A DNA stretch of 64,000 nucleotides, taken from Rhynchobatus australiae (taxonomy: Eukaryota). Below, piece by piece: positions 51,945 through 64,000 of the stretch (within the stretch, counting starts at the first letter, position 1; each line of letters starts with the position of its first letter). The DNA is taken from assembly GCA_034780895.1 (NCBI GenBank), contig JAUZTB010000033.1:38493108-38557107 (forward strand), given 5' to 3'. The translations under genes and the position numbers were made by a program. The notes under the pieces are model-generated. The model was not told the DNA's origin and searched no databases. It was given only the letters and a program-made list of their open reading frames with translations.

Positions 51945-53307
51945 GTATTCACAAACTTCTTAAGTATGGAGTGTGCTCATTGTCTACTTCCTACTCCTTC
52001 AAAACTTGGAATATTGAAAAGGTTCAACAGCATCTCTAGCATTTCACAGTGAGCAGTTGCTGGAAAGACAGAACTTGCTGTATGTCACAGTGGATAAAAA
52101 CAACGCTGGTACAGTTACAGGTGTCAAAACTGGAAGGTCCTTGGCTGCCGTTGCTGATTGTAATTGGGACAATAGAGAGGATATCATGGGCCTTGACATT
52201 GATGCCCCAAGCTATTGTTCCTGGATCACTCTTGATCATACTAGCTAATATCTGATACTTTTGAGTGAATTCAGCAACTTGAGCAAGGCAGGGAAGAGTT
52301 GTGTCTAAAACAAAATGCACAATCTCCTGTGGAATTCCCCTGGTGTTGGCAGCATTTTGTACTTGGCAAAAAAAAATTGTTCAGCCTTGACATTCTCAGG
52401 CTTGAATATGTTTTAAGTCCAGAGCACTTAGTGGCCTTTTGGTGAATTAAGTGCTCTGTCGAGAGTTTATGTAGAATCTCTGAAATGTTTACACTCCTCA
52501 AGCCCTCTGTAGATTTACTTGGACTGTAATGACTCAGACTTAACCTCAAACCTGTACTGATTTAGCTGATTTTAGAGGAGACAAAGCTAAAGACTTATTT
52601 GAGTGCAAAAACAATATTTGCTATAATTGATCTCAACACTGGATTATAGTGGAAGTTCAGTTACTGCTGCTTGTCACCATCTGTTGACACCAGCTGGAAA
52701 GTATATGCTTGGATATCAGGTGATAAATGGGTTCATCTGTGCTATTCCCTACTGTGAAATAGCTTGTTGCTACTCAAACGTAAAGGATGAACACCTTAGT
52801 TATAGAGAACCTGAGGACACTTTGCACAGAAACGAGAGGATTTAGGTGCTGACCATTGTCACTGAATGGTCTCCATGACATTTCCAACTGCCACGTGAAT
52901 GTGGTTTTTGCCTGTTGATGTTGGGTGAGTGTTCATTTCTCAGTGACATGGTCACTGGGTGCTGATTATCTCTGAATGAGGCTGCCATCACTGGATGCTG
53001 CTTTACATCGNNNNNNNNNNNNNNNNNNNNCACTGGTTGTCGCTTTATGCTCAGTTGAGGGGGGGGTAATGTAACCGGGTATTTTCCTCTGATGGTGTGG
53101 GTTGTCTCTGGGTATAACGTTACTCTGGGGTCTTTGTTTTAACATACAGATTGCCGTTTACCTCTGGGGCTGATAACCATCACTATGTGCTGTTTGGTTA
53201 TGGTTGGCATACCTTGTCTTCAAGGAAAGTTTGCAGCTGGGTGCCGAGAGTCTATGGGTACCGGAGCATTTCTGAACAACTAATCAGAGTTTGGATCTCT
53301 CCAACAG

Positions 53308-53435
53308 AATTGGAGAAAGCTAAAGAAGAGGAGAAGGAATCGGATGATTCTTCTTTCAGAAGGTCCGGTACAAGAGACCGGAGACGGCCGAGGGGGAAAC
53401 GAAGATCAACAGGTGTGCATTCCCTATCACAAGAT
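53308..53435 (+). CDS. PPP1R12C: Exon: (E)LEKAKEEEKESDDSSFRRSGTRDRRRPRGKRRSTGVHSLSQD (site equivalent to MYPT1 T853)
   Basis: ctccaacag|AA ... GAT|gtaagt; 128 nt, phase 1 to 0; RRRPRxKRRSTGV motif. Confidence 0.96.
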
Positions 53436-54409
53436 GTAAGTATTCTGGTTACTCAAGGGAACTGTAGATCAAGTCAGCTACCCTGCTCAAGGGCAGGGTT
53501 TCTCCAACAGAACCATGGCCAATAATCAAAAGATTGCAGTCACTTATGCCGAAATCAAGCTTACTTTTATTTTATACTTGATGTGCTAAATATTTCCATA
53601 CATTAATTTCACTGTTACCTGTGGAGCTGACTGTGACTTGTTCTGAGCATGAGAATGTTGAGCTGAATTAACAGAAGTAGAGAAATGGTCAGGAAAGCAG
53701 GGGGTGGCAAGGGACAGAAAATGAATACCCAGCATGTTTCAACTAAGAGTCGATAGGCAGAATACTCTGGTGATTGTTGTGTGGAGAGTGGCAAATTCTT
53801 TTGGTACATCTACATTTTCCTATGAATGTTGTGAGGGTGAGAAGCTGATCAGATTCATACAGTGGTATCATGTAGTCACTTTGATCTGTGCTATAAGATG
53901 AGCTGTGAAGACCTTGTTTGAAATACCTGAGGGACTTGGAACTCTAAACACAATCACTGCATAAATTAAAAGTAAGGTAAGTGGCTAGTAAAGTGCTAAT
54001 GGGAATATATCAAGTATGTGAAAATTGCCACTTTTGACCAGTAAGGAGATCTTGCCAATTTAAATGTATGATTTAATGGTCTTTATTTTTTTTGTTCCTA
54101 TTGATTTCCATCATCTAAAAGTAAAATTCTGTCAAAATTAAACATTAAAAAAATGATGTACTTCACTATAATGTAATAACTACTAATAACACCGGGATCA
54201 ATTTGCCTCAGCTAGCAGCTCTGTCCAAAAATCCCACTGTACAATATAATTAGCGTATAATCTTGAGTGCAGGACTGAGGGAGTGCTACGTGAAGAGAAG
54301 TGCTTCTTTTTCAGTTGAGATATTAAATAAAGACTCTGTATGTCTGCTCGTGTAGAAAAAGTGGATCCCATGACATTGCACCTGGTGTGACAAACATTTT
54401 CTCCCTTTT

Positions 54410-55803
54410 GATCTTTGCGTCCTCACTGGCCACAGGAGTAGTACCGGATGATTGGAGGTGGCAAATGTTATTCCTTTAAGAAAGGGAGTAGGGATAACCC
54501 TGGGAATTATAGACCAGTGAGTCTTGCATCAGTGGTGGTCAAATTATTGGAAAAGATTCTTAGGGACAGGATTTACAAGCATTTGGAGAAGCATAGTCTG
54601 ATTAGGGATAGTCAGCATGGCTTTGTGATAGGCAGGTCATGGCCTCATGAGCCCGATTTGAATTCTTTGAGGATGTGACAAAACACATTGAGGATAGAGC
54701 AGTGGATGTGGTGTATATGGACTTTAGTAAGGTATTTTATGAGGTTCCCCATGATAGGCTCATTCAGAAAGTCGGGAGGCACGGGATCCAGGGAACCTTG
54801 GCTGTGTGGATTCTGAATTGACTCGCCCACAGAAGGCAGAGGGTGGTTTTAGATGGAGCGTGTTCTGCCTGGAGATCGGTGACCAGTGGTGTTCTGCAGG
54901 GATCTGTTCTGGGACCCCTGCTCTTTGTGATTTTTATAAAGGACTTGGATGAGGATGTGGAAGGGTGGGTTACTAAGTTTGCAGATGACATGAAGGTTGG
55001 TGGTGTTGTGGATAGTGTAGAAGGTTGTTGTAGATTACAACAGGACATTGATAGGATGCAGAGCTGGGCTGAGAAGTGGCAGANNNNNNNNNNNNNNNNN
55101 NNNNNNNNNNNNNNNNNNNNNNNNNNNNNNNNNNNNNNNNNNNNNNNNNNNNNNNNNNNNNNNNNNNNNNNNNNNNNNNNNNNNNNNNNNNNNNNNNNNN
55201 NNNNNNNNNNNNNNNNNNNNNNNNNNNNNNNNNNNNNNNNNNNNNNNNNNNNNNNNNNNNNNNNNNNNNNNNNNNNNNNNNNNNNNNNNNNNNNNNNNNN
55301 NNNNNNNNNNNNNNNNNNNNNNNNNNNNNNNNNNNNNNNNNNNNNNNNNNNNNNNNAGAGGGTGCAGAGGAGATTTACCAGGATGCTGCCTGGATTGGAG
55401 AGCATGTCTTATGAGGATAGGTTGAGTGAGCTATGGCTTTTCTCTTCGGAGAGGAGGAGAATGAGAGGGGACATGATAGAGGTGATAAGAGGCATAGATC
55501 GAGTGGACAGCCAGAGACTTTTTCCCAGGGCTGAAATGGCTGACACGAGGGGGCATGATTGTAAGGTGATTGGAGGAAGGTACAGGGGATATAGAAGTAA
55601 GTTTTTCTTTTATACACAGAGAGTGGTGGGTGCATGGAATGTGCTGCCAGGGGTGCTGGTAGAGGCAGATACTGTACATTAGGGATATTTAAGATCGAGA
55701 AATGGAGGGGTATGTGGGAAGGAATGGATAGATTAATCTTAGAGTAGGTTAAAAGGCTGGCACATCATCATGGGCTGAAAGGCCTGTTACGTGCTGTAAT
55801 GTT
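54410..55803 (+). mobile_element. 5'-truncated CR1 LINE (RT domain to 3' end), youngest-looking copy, nested in a Deu SINE
   Basis: PGNYRPVSL, QHGF, YMDFSK, QGSVLGPLLF, KFADD, VQRRFTRM, FFYTQRVVGAWN; frameshifted. Confidence 0.95.
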
Positions 55804-57363
55804 TAACTAGCACCACCAAACTTAAGTTTGGTCATTTTTTTTCCAATTTATACACAAATTGTCTGACATACTTGCCTAACAACAGTGGCCATTTCTAAGG
55901 TAGTTCGCTGATTGTGAAGTATTTTGAGCCAACCTGAGGTAATGCTTAGGTACTACAAATGTTTTTATCTATTGATCTTTACCTAAAGAGCCTAGTATCA
56001 CCCAAAATTCCTGGCCTTGGTCTTGCTGTTGGTTAGCCCAGAACTGTAATTCAGTTGCATAAAGACAAGTTCAGCAGCCAAATATTATGCAGGACTACAT
56101 CAAAAGAAACTGTGTAGATGCAGTGTAGTCAGCTCTCATTCAGAATCGATTGAAAGAAATCTACAAATTTCCAAAGTTAATGTTTATAAGCTAAGGTAAT
56201 GTTTCTATTGAATTCCTTTCGTTTTTTTTAAAAAGAAGCTACTTTGTACATAATTGAGAAGGAAATGTTATTTGAAACCTGACAAACATCATTTACCTAT
56301 GTATGCTTTTGTTTAAGTTTAACATCTATAAGTTGAACACAAGCAAATGTCCAATTTTATCCAAATTGAGTATGTCCCATTCCTGCCAGGATATCTTATT
56401 TCTAATCCCTTTTAGTTTACAATTTAGGAAGGGAAGTTTGACTAATCCGTCCCTGGAGATTAACTGAACTTTGTAAAGCTGTACTCTCAAGCATGCACTG
56501 GACATTTTATTTATTGATGAAGGTTTTTGTACCTGTTGACAACCATCTTGAAGCTCAGGACTAATTCTGATCATATTTAGCAATTTTAATGTATTCATGT
56601 TGGACATGTACATTCATCATGTCAGAGCAAACAAATACAGTCTGAGGTTCTTTTCGGGAAAGACAAGTGGGGCTTCATGGGTGACTCTTTGATTTAATGG
56701 ATAATAGGGTAGGTGTGAAGAAGGTATTAAAACTTATAGGAGAATCACTAATAAATTGAGTTGGAATTCAAGGCAAAACTGGTAGTAGGAATGTGGAATG
56801 TGCCATTGTAAAGAGTACATGAGGAAAACAACATGGACACATGCAAGGCTGAAAGACCATTAGCACCCGAGGGAGAAGGAACGTAAGAGCACACTAATAG
56901 GATTAGATGAAATAGATTGTGAGAATGAATGAACTCCTATAAAGCATCAATACAACAGGGACCAAACAGTTTCTTAACTGTAGATTCAATGTTATTATAA
57001 AAGTCAGAATGCAGCTAACAATTCCATCAGCAGTACTTTAAATGTCTCACTTAGTGCTCCAGCAGTCTTACCAAATATTCTCCAGTCATTTCTGTTCAAA
57101 GTTAGTTTAACACAGTCAACTTTGTCTGTCAGTAGTGGAGCACTTTCACTTCTAGCTGCACAATCAGTTTATTCCTTTTTTTATGTAAATTCAAAAGAAT
57201 AAACATTGCCTGGACGGATGGGATTAAGTGACAGGTCTGTGCTTGTGCACCATGTATCTGAATCTCTGAAGCAGTCAACGTGTAACAGAGTTCTGGAGTT
57301 TGGACTTGGATTGTAGCCTTGTTCTGGAATGTTCCTCTGTTTATACAACTTTTCCTTTTCCAG

Positions 57364-57423
57364 GATGAGAATGACCAGGATCAGTCAGATAGTGAAGATG
57401 TGGTGGGATCGCAGAAGAAACAG
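57364..57423 (+). CDS. PPP1R12C: Exon: DENDQDQSDSEDVVGSQKKQ
   Basis: ttttccttttccag|GAT ... CAG|gtatgg; 60 nt, phase 0 to 0. Confidence 0.9.
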
Positions 57424-57479
57424 GTATGGATCATGGCTTCCAAGTTCTGTAATGCAAGTCCAATATAGCCCATGAAGTA

Positions 57480-58420
57480 AAAGCAGAATGTGACAGCAAT
57501 ATTGAGCAGATCAGCCAGCATCTGTAAGTAGGNNNNNNNNNNNNNNNNNNNNNNNNNNNNNNNNNNNNNNNNNNNNNNNNNNNNNNNNNNNNNNNNNNNN
57601 NNNNNNNNNNNNNNNNNNNNNNNNNNNNNNNNNNNNNNNNNNNNNNNNNNNNNNNNNNNNNNNNNNNNNNNNNNNNNNNNNNNNNNNNNNNNNNNNNNNN
57701 NNNNNNNNNNNNNNNNNNNNNNNNNNNNNNNNNNNAGAAAATACTGGTTATGCTTATTATCAGATATTGTTGAAATAGACGTTGAATCCAGAAGCTCATA
57801 TTGTGTCTGGTCGTAAGATGAAGTGCTGTTCCTTGACCTCACATTGAGCTTCTTTGGAATGATACAGGGACGAAAAATAGGCTGGCCAAAGTAGCATTAG
57901 GATAGTGATTTAGGTGTCAGGAAATCAGAACTCAGGGCCACACTTGTGTGCTGAATGGAGATATCCCACAAGATGATCACCTGATCTGTGTTTGGTCTTT
58001 CTGTAAAGGAGACCTAATTGAGACCCCTGAATGTAGAATTGAAAATAGCAGAAATAAGTTCATCCAAAATTAGTTTGGAGCCAAGAATAGGGGAAAGGGA
58101 GTATGAAGTGGAAGAAGTGTTGTTGGACAAGGAAGAATTGGAGTGGTGGATCACATTAGAAGCTTCAGAAACTGCAGCCATTTATACTCTGAATATTGAG
58201 ACTGTCTAGGTAGAAGAATAGGAGGTGAACAAATGAGAATGAAAGATTGGGAAATGGAATGGATACTGTTAAATGGTCTGCTAGCTGTGATCTGGGCTCA
58301 TTTGAGGGAAAAGAAGATGTATTTGGAAAAACTGGTGTGGAAGATAACCTTGTCAGACCAGTTGCAATGAAGACACAGTAACTGAGAGAATGGCACAGTC
58401 CTTACAGGTAATAGAGTGCG
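57480..58420 (-). mobile_element. Penelope-like element remnant: GIY-YIG endonuclease C-terminal region plus terminal repeat
   Basis: Minus strand gives KTKHRSGDHLVGYLHS (about 57945-58000) and QCEVKEQHFILRPDTI*ASGFN (57781-57846), like remembered ETKRRLGDRFAEHLRS / QRKLEEQHLIFRLGTLQPSGLN; terminal-repeat family sequence at 57480-57530. Confidence 0.7.
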
Positions 58421-58505
58421 AGGACAATCTGGAGAAGTCTACATGACAGGTTATGAGTGGATTGTGGTTGATTTTGTTCTTATTACTTCCGTTTTTTTTT
58501 TGCAG

Positions 58506-58522
58506 GCTGATAATCTGTCAAG
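58506..58522 (+). CDS. PPP1R12C: 17-nt microexon: ADNLS(S/R)
   Basis: T-run plus gcag|GCTGATAATCTGTCAAG|gtaagg; provides the needed phase 0 to 2 bridge. Confidence 0.88.
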
Positions 58523-59519
58523 GTAAGGAGTCCATTTATCATTCCTATGATGGCCACGATTGATTTTGTTCTCACTTAACAACACCGGATACTCTTTTAG
58601 CAGGGGTCACCGGCTGATTTTCCCTTCCTAAATTCAGGTGGATCAAGGCTAACCATTGAATCCCTGCTGCTGCCCGGGGTGAGACCCACTAACTAGACAC
58701 AGAAGCTGAATTAAACATGGGGTGGTGGTGGGGTGCTTAGGTATGGGTGATCTCATGTAGTCTTGGTCATTGTTATTTTGGTAGATTCTTTTCCACTAAA
58801 CAAGCTGAACTGTGCATTTGACCACTTCTTTCTGAAATCTGTAATGGTGGCCTTCTGGAAACTTGTGATGGTGATTGAGTCTGTTAACAATCAGGGAAAT
58901 TGTAATAAAGCCCAGTGAAAGAATGGGCCCTCATCATTTCCTAAATGATGAGTGTTATCCTCTGGCTAGACCCTGGTGGGAGGTATTGGCCACCTGTATC
59001 CTTAGTGCACTGATCTTTATAGTAGAACTGCAGAATATTTGAACTAACAAGTAGATTAAAATAGTGAATGGAAAGAGCAGTCAAGTCCAGTAAATATCAC
59101 TTGCACTTCCTTAGCCGATTATCTCCAGCACATGATTTGCAGCTGAGATGTGATAATGCATTTTGATAAAATATGGTGGTATTTCCAAATGCTGAGCTTA
59201 CAGGAAATATATAATGTTTTCAAGTTGCAAGTGAAAATTGCAATCTTGAGCCATCTTTAATTTGTCTGCTCGGGATCAGGTTGGGGATATCAGCATCTTG
59301 CTTCATACCTGCACACCGCTGGCAAAGCCTCTGTGAAAATTGGGTTGAGAGAATGTATCTTTTAAAAATTGTAGATTTATTCCTCTCCAAAGTCATTTAA
59401 CATGATGCAGTATTTCTAAATCACACCATGTTTACCCAATTTCCACCCCTTGCACAGAATGAAATGGCTTCTAACACTGTCACTGTCATTTTTTCCATTG
59501 TGATAAAGGTAATCTATCC

Positions 59520-61310
59520 CCTTCATTCTTATTGTTTCATGTACAGTCTCAGACAAGGTTAACCAATCCATCCTTCTCCATTATCTCTTCATCTCAGCAA
59601 CTGTGGCCAGAGAATCACCTACACTACCGTTTATTCCTGTTCCTATTTTGTTATGTCTGGTGATCCCCAAGATCTATACATGGCCCTTTCTGCATTCAAT
59701 CTAGATGCTGCCTCTTGGTAATTCATCTAAGAATATAACGTTAGTTTCTGCTACTTGACTGACATTGAATAATAGATGAGCAGAAATTTCCTCCAACTAG
59801 ATATTGAGAGTCTTATCATTAACTTCAATTCCCACTCACTGATACCATCCTATTTGTGGACATAGTCTGAAATTAACCATATTGTTCGCAGTCTTGGTGT
59901 TACATTTGACTTGTGATCCAGCTCCTGACCAAATATCTACACCATTGCTCCCTGTTTCCACCTCCATAATGTGGTTTAACTCTACCACTGCCTCAGCTCA
60001 CCTGCTGCTGAAAATCTCTTCTGGGCTTTTGTTCTCCAGATGATTCCTGGACTTCCAGCCAGCCTCCCTCTTTCCTAGACTCCTTCCCTATGTTCTTCCT
60101 CATTCCTGGACTTCTCCGCTCTGGCCTTGCTCATTTCTAGATTTTCAGCTGGCTGCTAGGATCTTATCATAGAACAGTATAGCACAGCCACAGGCCCTTT
60201 GGCCCATGATGCCTGTGCCGAACATGATGTTAAATTAAATCTCTTCTGCCTTCACATGATCATATTCCTCCATTCTCTGCATATTCATTTGCTTTTCTGA
60301 AAACCTTTTAAATGCCACTATCGTATCTGCTGTTAAGGGTCCCGCTATTAACTGTAGACTTTCCCATTAAGTTTGACCTCCCAAAGGCAACACCTCACAC
60401 TTGCCCAGATTAAACACTATCTGCCATTTCTCTGGCCACATCTGTAAATGATCTATGTCCTACTGTATCCTTCGACAACCTCCTTCACTATCTCCAACTC
60501 CACCAATTTTTGTGTCATCTGCAAACATACTAACCAACCCTTCTACATTTTTGAAGTCATATATATGTCACAAACAATACAAGTCCCAGCACTGATCCCT
60601 GTGGAACATCACAGATCTCCAGCTAGAGTAACACCTTTCCACCACTTTCTTTTGTCTTCTATGTGCAAGCCAATTCTGAATCACCGTGAATCCCTTGCAC
60701 CTTAATCTTCTGGATCAGCCGACCATGAAGGATTTTGTCAGATGCCTTACTAAAGTCCATGTAGACAACATCTACATACCCTACCCTCATCAAACACCTC
60801 TTCAAAAAAAACTCAGTCTTAAGTTTGTAAGATATGACTTGCTCCATACAAAGCCATGGTGACTGTCCTTAATTTTCACTCAAAACTTTGCTGCCTCTGT
60901 CCTAACTTTACACAAGCTACGTTTGCGCTGTGCTTGTTGATCTGAATTTGCTTCTTTTAAGCAATGTGCACATTTTGGTAAGCTCAACTCTTCTCTGAAT
61001 CACTCCAAGGCCACATCACTTGCACTTTCTATGAACTCTCCTAGCCAACAATCGTTTGGGATACTGGTTGTTCTCCTCTTCTGACATTTTGAGTAGTCTC
61101 TCTCCACCCTATTTTAAGCATGCCAACATTGATGATCAGGCCTTAAGAAGGAAGGTCCTGTGTATGGAATTCCCTCCCGAAATCTCTTGGCCTCTTTCTT
61201 CCTTTAGGAATTACCTTAAAGGCCACAGCTTTTTGACCAGGCATTTAGTCATTGCTGTAACACCACATCAGGCTCAACAATAAATATGTTTGATAGCACT
61301 ACAAAGATGC
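59520..61310 (+). mobile_element. Old L2 fragment interrupted by a CR1
   Basis: DD.QIY-like, N.LQL, LGVTFD and AAE.L..AFV segments at 59640-60040; L2-like 3' part resumes about 60880. Confidence 0.55.
60167..60872 (-). mobile_element. Internally deleted CR1
   Basis: VDVVYMDFSKASDKILHGRLIQK in ORF track; 3' UTR at 60167-60330. Confidence 0.85.
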
Positions 61311-61382
61311 AACTTGAGGCATTTTTCTGCATTATTGGGTGATAAGCAATCGGAGCTGTTGTTGTCTATGTTTTGACTTTAG

Positions 61383-61515
61383 TTACAGGGAAGATACCAC
61401 CACAAGAAGCCAAGGGAATCAATCAAACAAAGGAGTGAGCTATTCGGACACGAGCCTGCGTTCTGCACGGGCTGGTCGGGCTGAGAGTGAGACTGACAGG
61501 CAAGGCTACAGAAAG
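61383..61515 (+). CDS. PPP1R12C: Exon: YREDTTTRSQGNQSNKGVSYSDTSLRSARAGRAESETDRQGYRK (alternative in-frame acceptor 61389)
   Basis: ttttgactttag|TTACAG|G ... AAG|gtaaat; 133 or 127 nt, phase 2 to 0. Confidence 0.9.
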
Positions 61516-61619
61516 GTAAATTTCAAGTGGAAGATCTCCATTCAGGATGTAGGTTTAAACCCCACCTGCTTCCCTCCAACTGGCCTCTTCATCTGACTGG
61601 GGTCGAGAATCTCATTCCT

Positions 61620-63200
61620 CAATGATGGCTATTCCATCATCTGTTCGAGGGGATATGGAATTTCTTTCCAAAATTCCACCTCTGCAGCCCTATTCAATTT
61701 TTCAAACCTGACTTCCTCAACATTTGTGACATTTTCCTATTAATGGATGTCCTCTATTAATTCTACCATTTAAAGGTTCCACATTCCTAATTTTCCAATA
61801 TGCAAGCCTTTCAGTATCTCAGTCAACTGCTGCTTTCCTTAATGCTCCCATTTACTAATCTATCTTTCCCCCTTCTTCCAGTCACTCCAGTTATGCTATC
61901 TCCCTATTTACTGTTGTCTACCCAGATTTCTTCATTTTACTGGTTCCTTCCTCTAATTCTTTGATTTAGTAGAACCCTTCTCCAATTCTGCCCCCTCCCC
62001 ACCACCACTGATTCCTCCATTAACATTGTCTTCTCTTTCCTCTACTTACCTTTTGCCCATCTATACCCTTCCCATTTAGAGTGTTTTACGTATTCTATTT
62101 TAGTTTCCTCTCCCAATCATTGCTAAGCTGCTGTCCGCTTGTTCATTTATTTGTGCATGCCCTCCTACCATTTATTGATGTGCTCTCCAAATTCCCCCTT
62201 TAATGATAAACCTCGTACCCAATCCCAGTATTCCCCACTTACTGCTGTTTCTCTCCCCAGTTTCTCATTTACTTGACCCCCTTCTGATTTTACAGGTACT
62301 CTTCCTAATTCTACTGGTAACTGATGTCCTTCCCGAATTCTACCATTCACTTTGTCCCTCCCTAATCAATCTATTGCATGGTGTCCACCCCAAATTTCCT
62401 CATTTATTGCAACCTCTCCAACTCACCTACTTTCCCTATCTTCTCCCATTGCATCTCTAGATTGCTACCATCCCTTAGCTATTTACTGCTTCCGACCTCT
62501 AATTCAAGTAGTTAAATAAATGTGCAATTAAAAATCTAGGATCAATAATAATCATGTAACTACGAGTTCCACAGAACAATACAGGCCCTTCGGCCCACAG
62601 TGTTGCGCCGTCCATCAAACCACACCTCACACCATCCTAACCCTTTCCTCCTGCATATCCCTCCATCCCACATTCCTCCATGTGCCTATCCATCAACCTC
62701 TTGAACCTGTCCAACGTATCTGCCTCCACCACCACCCCAGGCAGCGCATTCCATGCACCTACCACTCTCTNNNNNNNNNNNNNNNNNNNNNNNNNNNNNN
62801 NNNNNNNNNNNNNNNNNNNNNNNNNNNNNNNNNNNNNNNNNNNNNNNNNNNNNNNNNNNNNNNNNNNNNNCTTCAGTCCCTCCACCTTACTACTTTGATA
62901 GCCTGCGCTCTGCTTCTTCCCGAAAGTCTCTCTACCTGTTTGATCTACCTTTTCCCCATCCCCTTCTTCCTCTCCCTAATTCCCACTGTCTGCCTGTAAT
63001 AATTTGCTCTTCTCACCTATTGATTCTATTGTTGGTGCACATCTTTAATTTGTTCTGAAACTGGTACTTATCAGAAATTCCCCCACTTAATTTTGCCTTC
63101 CTAATTTTACCTATTTACTGGTGACATTTACAACTCCCTTATTTATTGTTGCCTTCCACTTATTGTGGTTTCTATTGATGTGTTCTTCTAATTCTCATTC
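61620..63200. repeat. Pyrimidine-rich low-complexity region with a CR1 3' end inserted at about 62570-62880 (-)
   Basis: Strong C/T bias on + strand; RVVGAWNALPGVVVEADT on minus strand. Confidence 0.7.
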
Positions 63201-63486
63201 TTCTGTTACATTAGAAGATGGACAGAGTTGGTCATTCAGCCTCTTTAACCTGTTCTGCCATTTATGGCTGATGTGAATATCTTTTTATAACTTTCACCAA
63301 AATCAGCATCTGAACCAAAAATCAACTTTGTAGGTATTGCTGAACTCTGCCACACCTCATCCTAGATTCAGCAAACTATATTAATTTTGGTCTGCTTACC
63401 TGTGGAGTTCTTGATCCAAGGTGCTGCTGATCAAGAACACTGCCAGAAAAGCCTACAAAGTAATTGTATCTCACTCTGTCTAACAG

Positions 63487-63591
63487 TTGTATGAAGAGCT
63501 TCAGAGAGAGAATGTCCAGCTACAGGACCAACTGCAGGAGATGCAGATGCAGATTTCACATACTAAGTTGGAGTTAGAGAAGGCTACACAG
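63487..63591 (+). CDS. PPP1R12C: Exon, C-terminal coiled coil: LYEELQRENVQLQDQLQEMQMQISHTKLELEKATQ
   Basis: tctaacag|TTG ... CAG|gtaagc; 105 nt, phase 0 to 0; LYE..EN..L...LELEKATQ motif. Confidence 0.96.
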
Positions 63592-64000
63592 GTAAGCAGT
63601 GTTTGAACAGTTCTCACATAATGCAGCCTTGAGTGCAAGAGTAGGTAATGGCATTGGTGCACTGTTAATCGGGTAAGGATAAATCTAAAGAAAAACACAG
63701 CCACGGTTTAGGGTCCCACTGTCTGTGGTGAATTATTTGCATTCATTGTATTGGTTATCATTTAGCTATCCACAGTGTTTCACAAGGTGTCATATCTGAT
63801 CTCACCCCTTTGAGAATGTATTACCTGCAGCGCTTATTCACGCAGTTATTCAGAACAGCTTCCTTCTCTGAGAGAGCTGAGGAAGTGGTGGCAAGCAGGC
63901 GTGTCACTTTAGGGTGTGGGGTGTTCCTTCTATAAGAAGCTGCGGTTGGAGTTGTCTGGGAAGATGTGATTAAATGGATGGAGTAGCCACCCTCCCAGAT

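Larger units (their letters stand above)
1534..63591 (+). other. PPP1R12C: Partial multi-exon gene: protein phosphatase 1 regulatory subunit 12 (MYPT family), most likely PPP1R12C/MBS85; 20 exons in window, 5' and 3' ends outside
   Basis: Exons join in one frame with consistent phases and canonical AG/GT. Paralog-leaning motifs: HPKTGASALHVAAAKGY.EVM, RRTSISRMSSKDKISMHD (cf. PPP1R12C RRSSVCRLSSREKISLQD), EPRLARVPPTP. Family call is near certain; paralog call is from remembered sequences. Confidence 0.85.

Noticed and set aside
54843-55682. 279-aa reverse transcriptase ORF as a functional RT system
   Set aside because: Ordinary 5'-truncated, frameshifted CR1 copy spanning a gap.
3243-63058. 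Many ORF-track entries containing X runs
   Set aside because: They stay open only because of N gaps; no coding evidence.

Overview
Vertebrate (most likely cartilaginous fish, from the repeat repertoire; species not determinable) genomic DNA with many N gaps. The whole window lies inside one + strand multi-exon gene of the myosin phosphatase targeting subunit family, best matching PPP1R12C (MBS85). I reconstructed 20 GT-AG exons (1534..63591, about 807 codons in one phase-consistent frame). They run from the ankyrin repeats through the LRKTGSYG/RSASSP region and the two RRST inhibitory sites to the start of the C-terminal coiled coil. The first exons (RVxF) and last exons (leucine zipper) are outside the window. 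Introns contain decayed CR1, L2 and Rex1/Babar LINEs, Deu-domain SINEs, Penelope-like remnants and a Tigger-like MITE. Most notable: a 117-nt probable cassette exon not shown in frame by the ORF track, which duplicates the WRxxLRKTG motif without its phospho-serine and has downstream TGCATG motifs; Penelope-derived fold-back elements with decayed hammerhead cores; a degenerate 24-bp minisatellite; and a 17-nt frame-shifting microexon. I see no evidence of a wholly new multi-gene system. All family assignments are by eye and from memory of consensus sequences, not from database searches.
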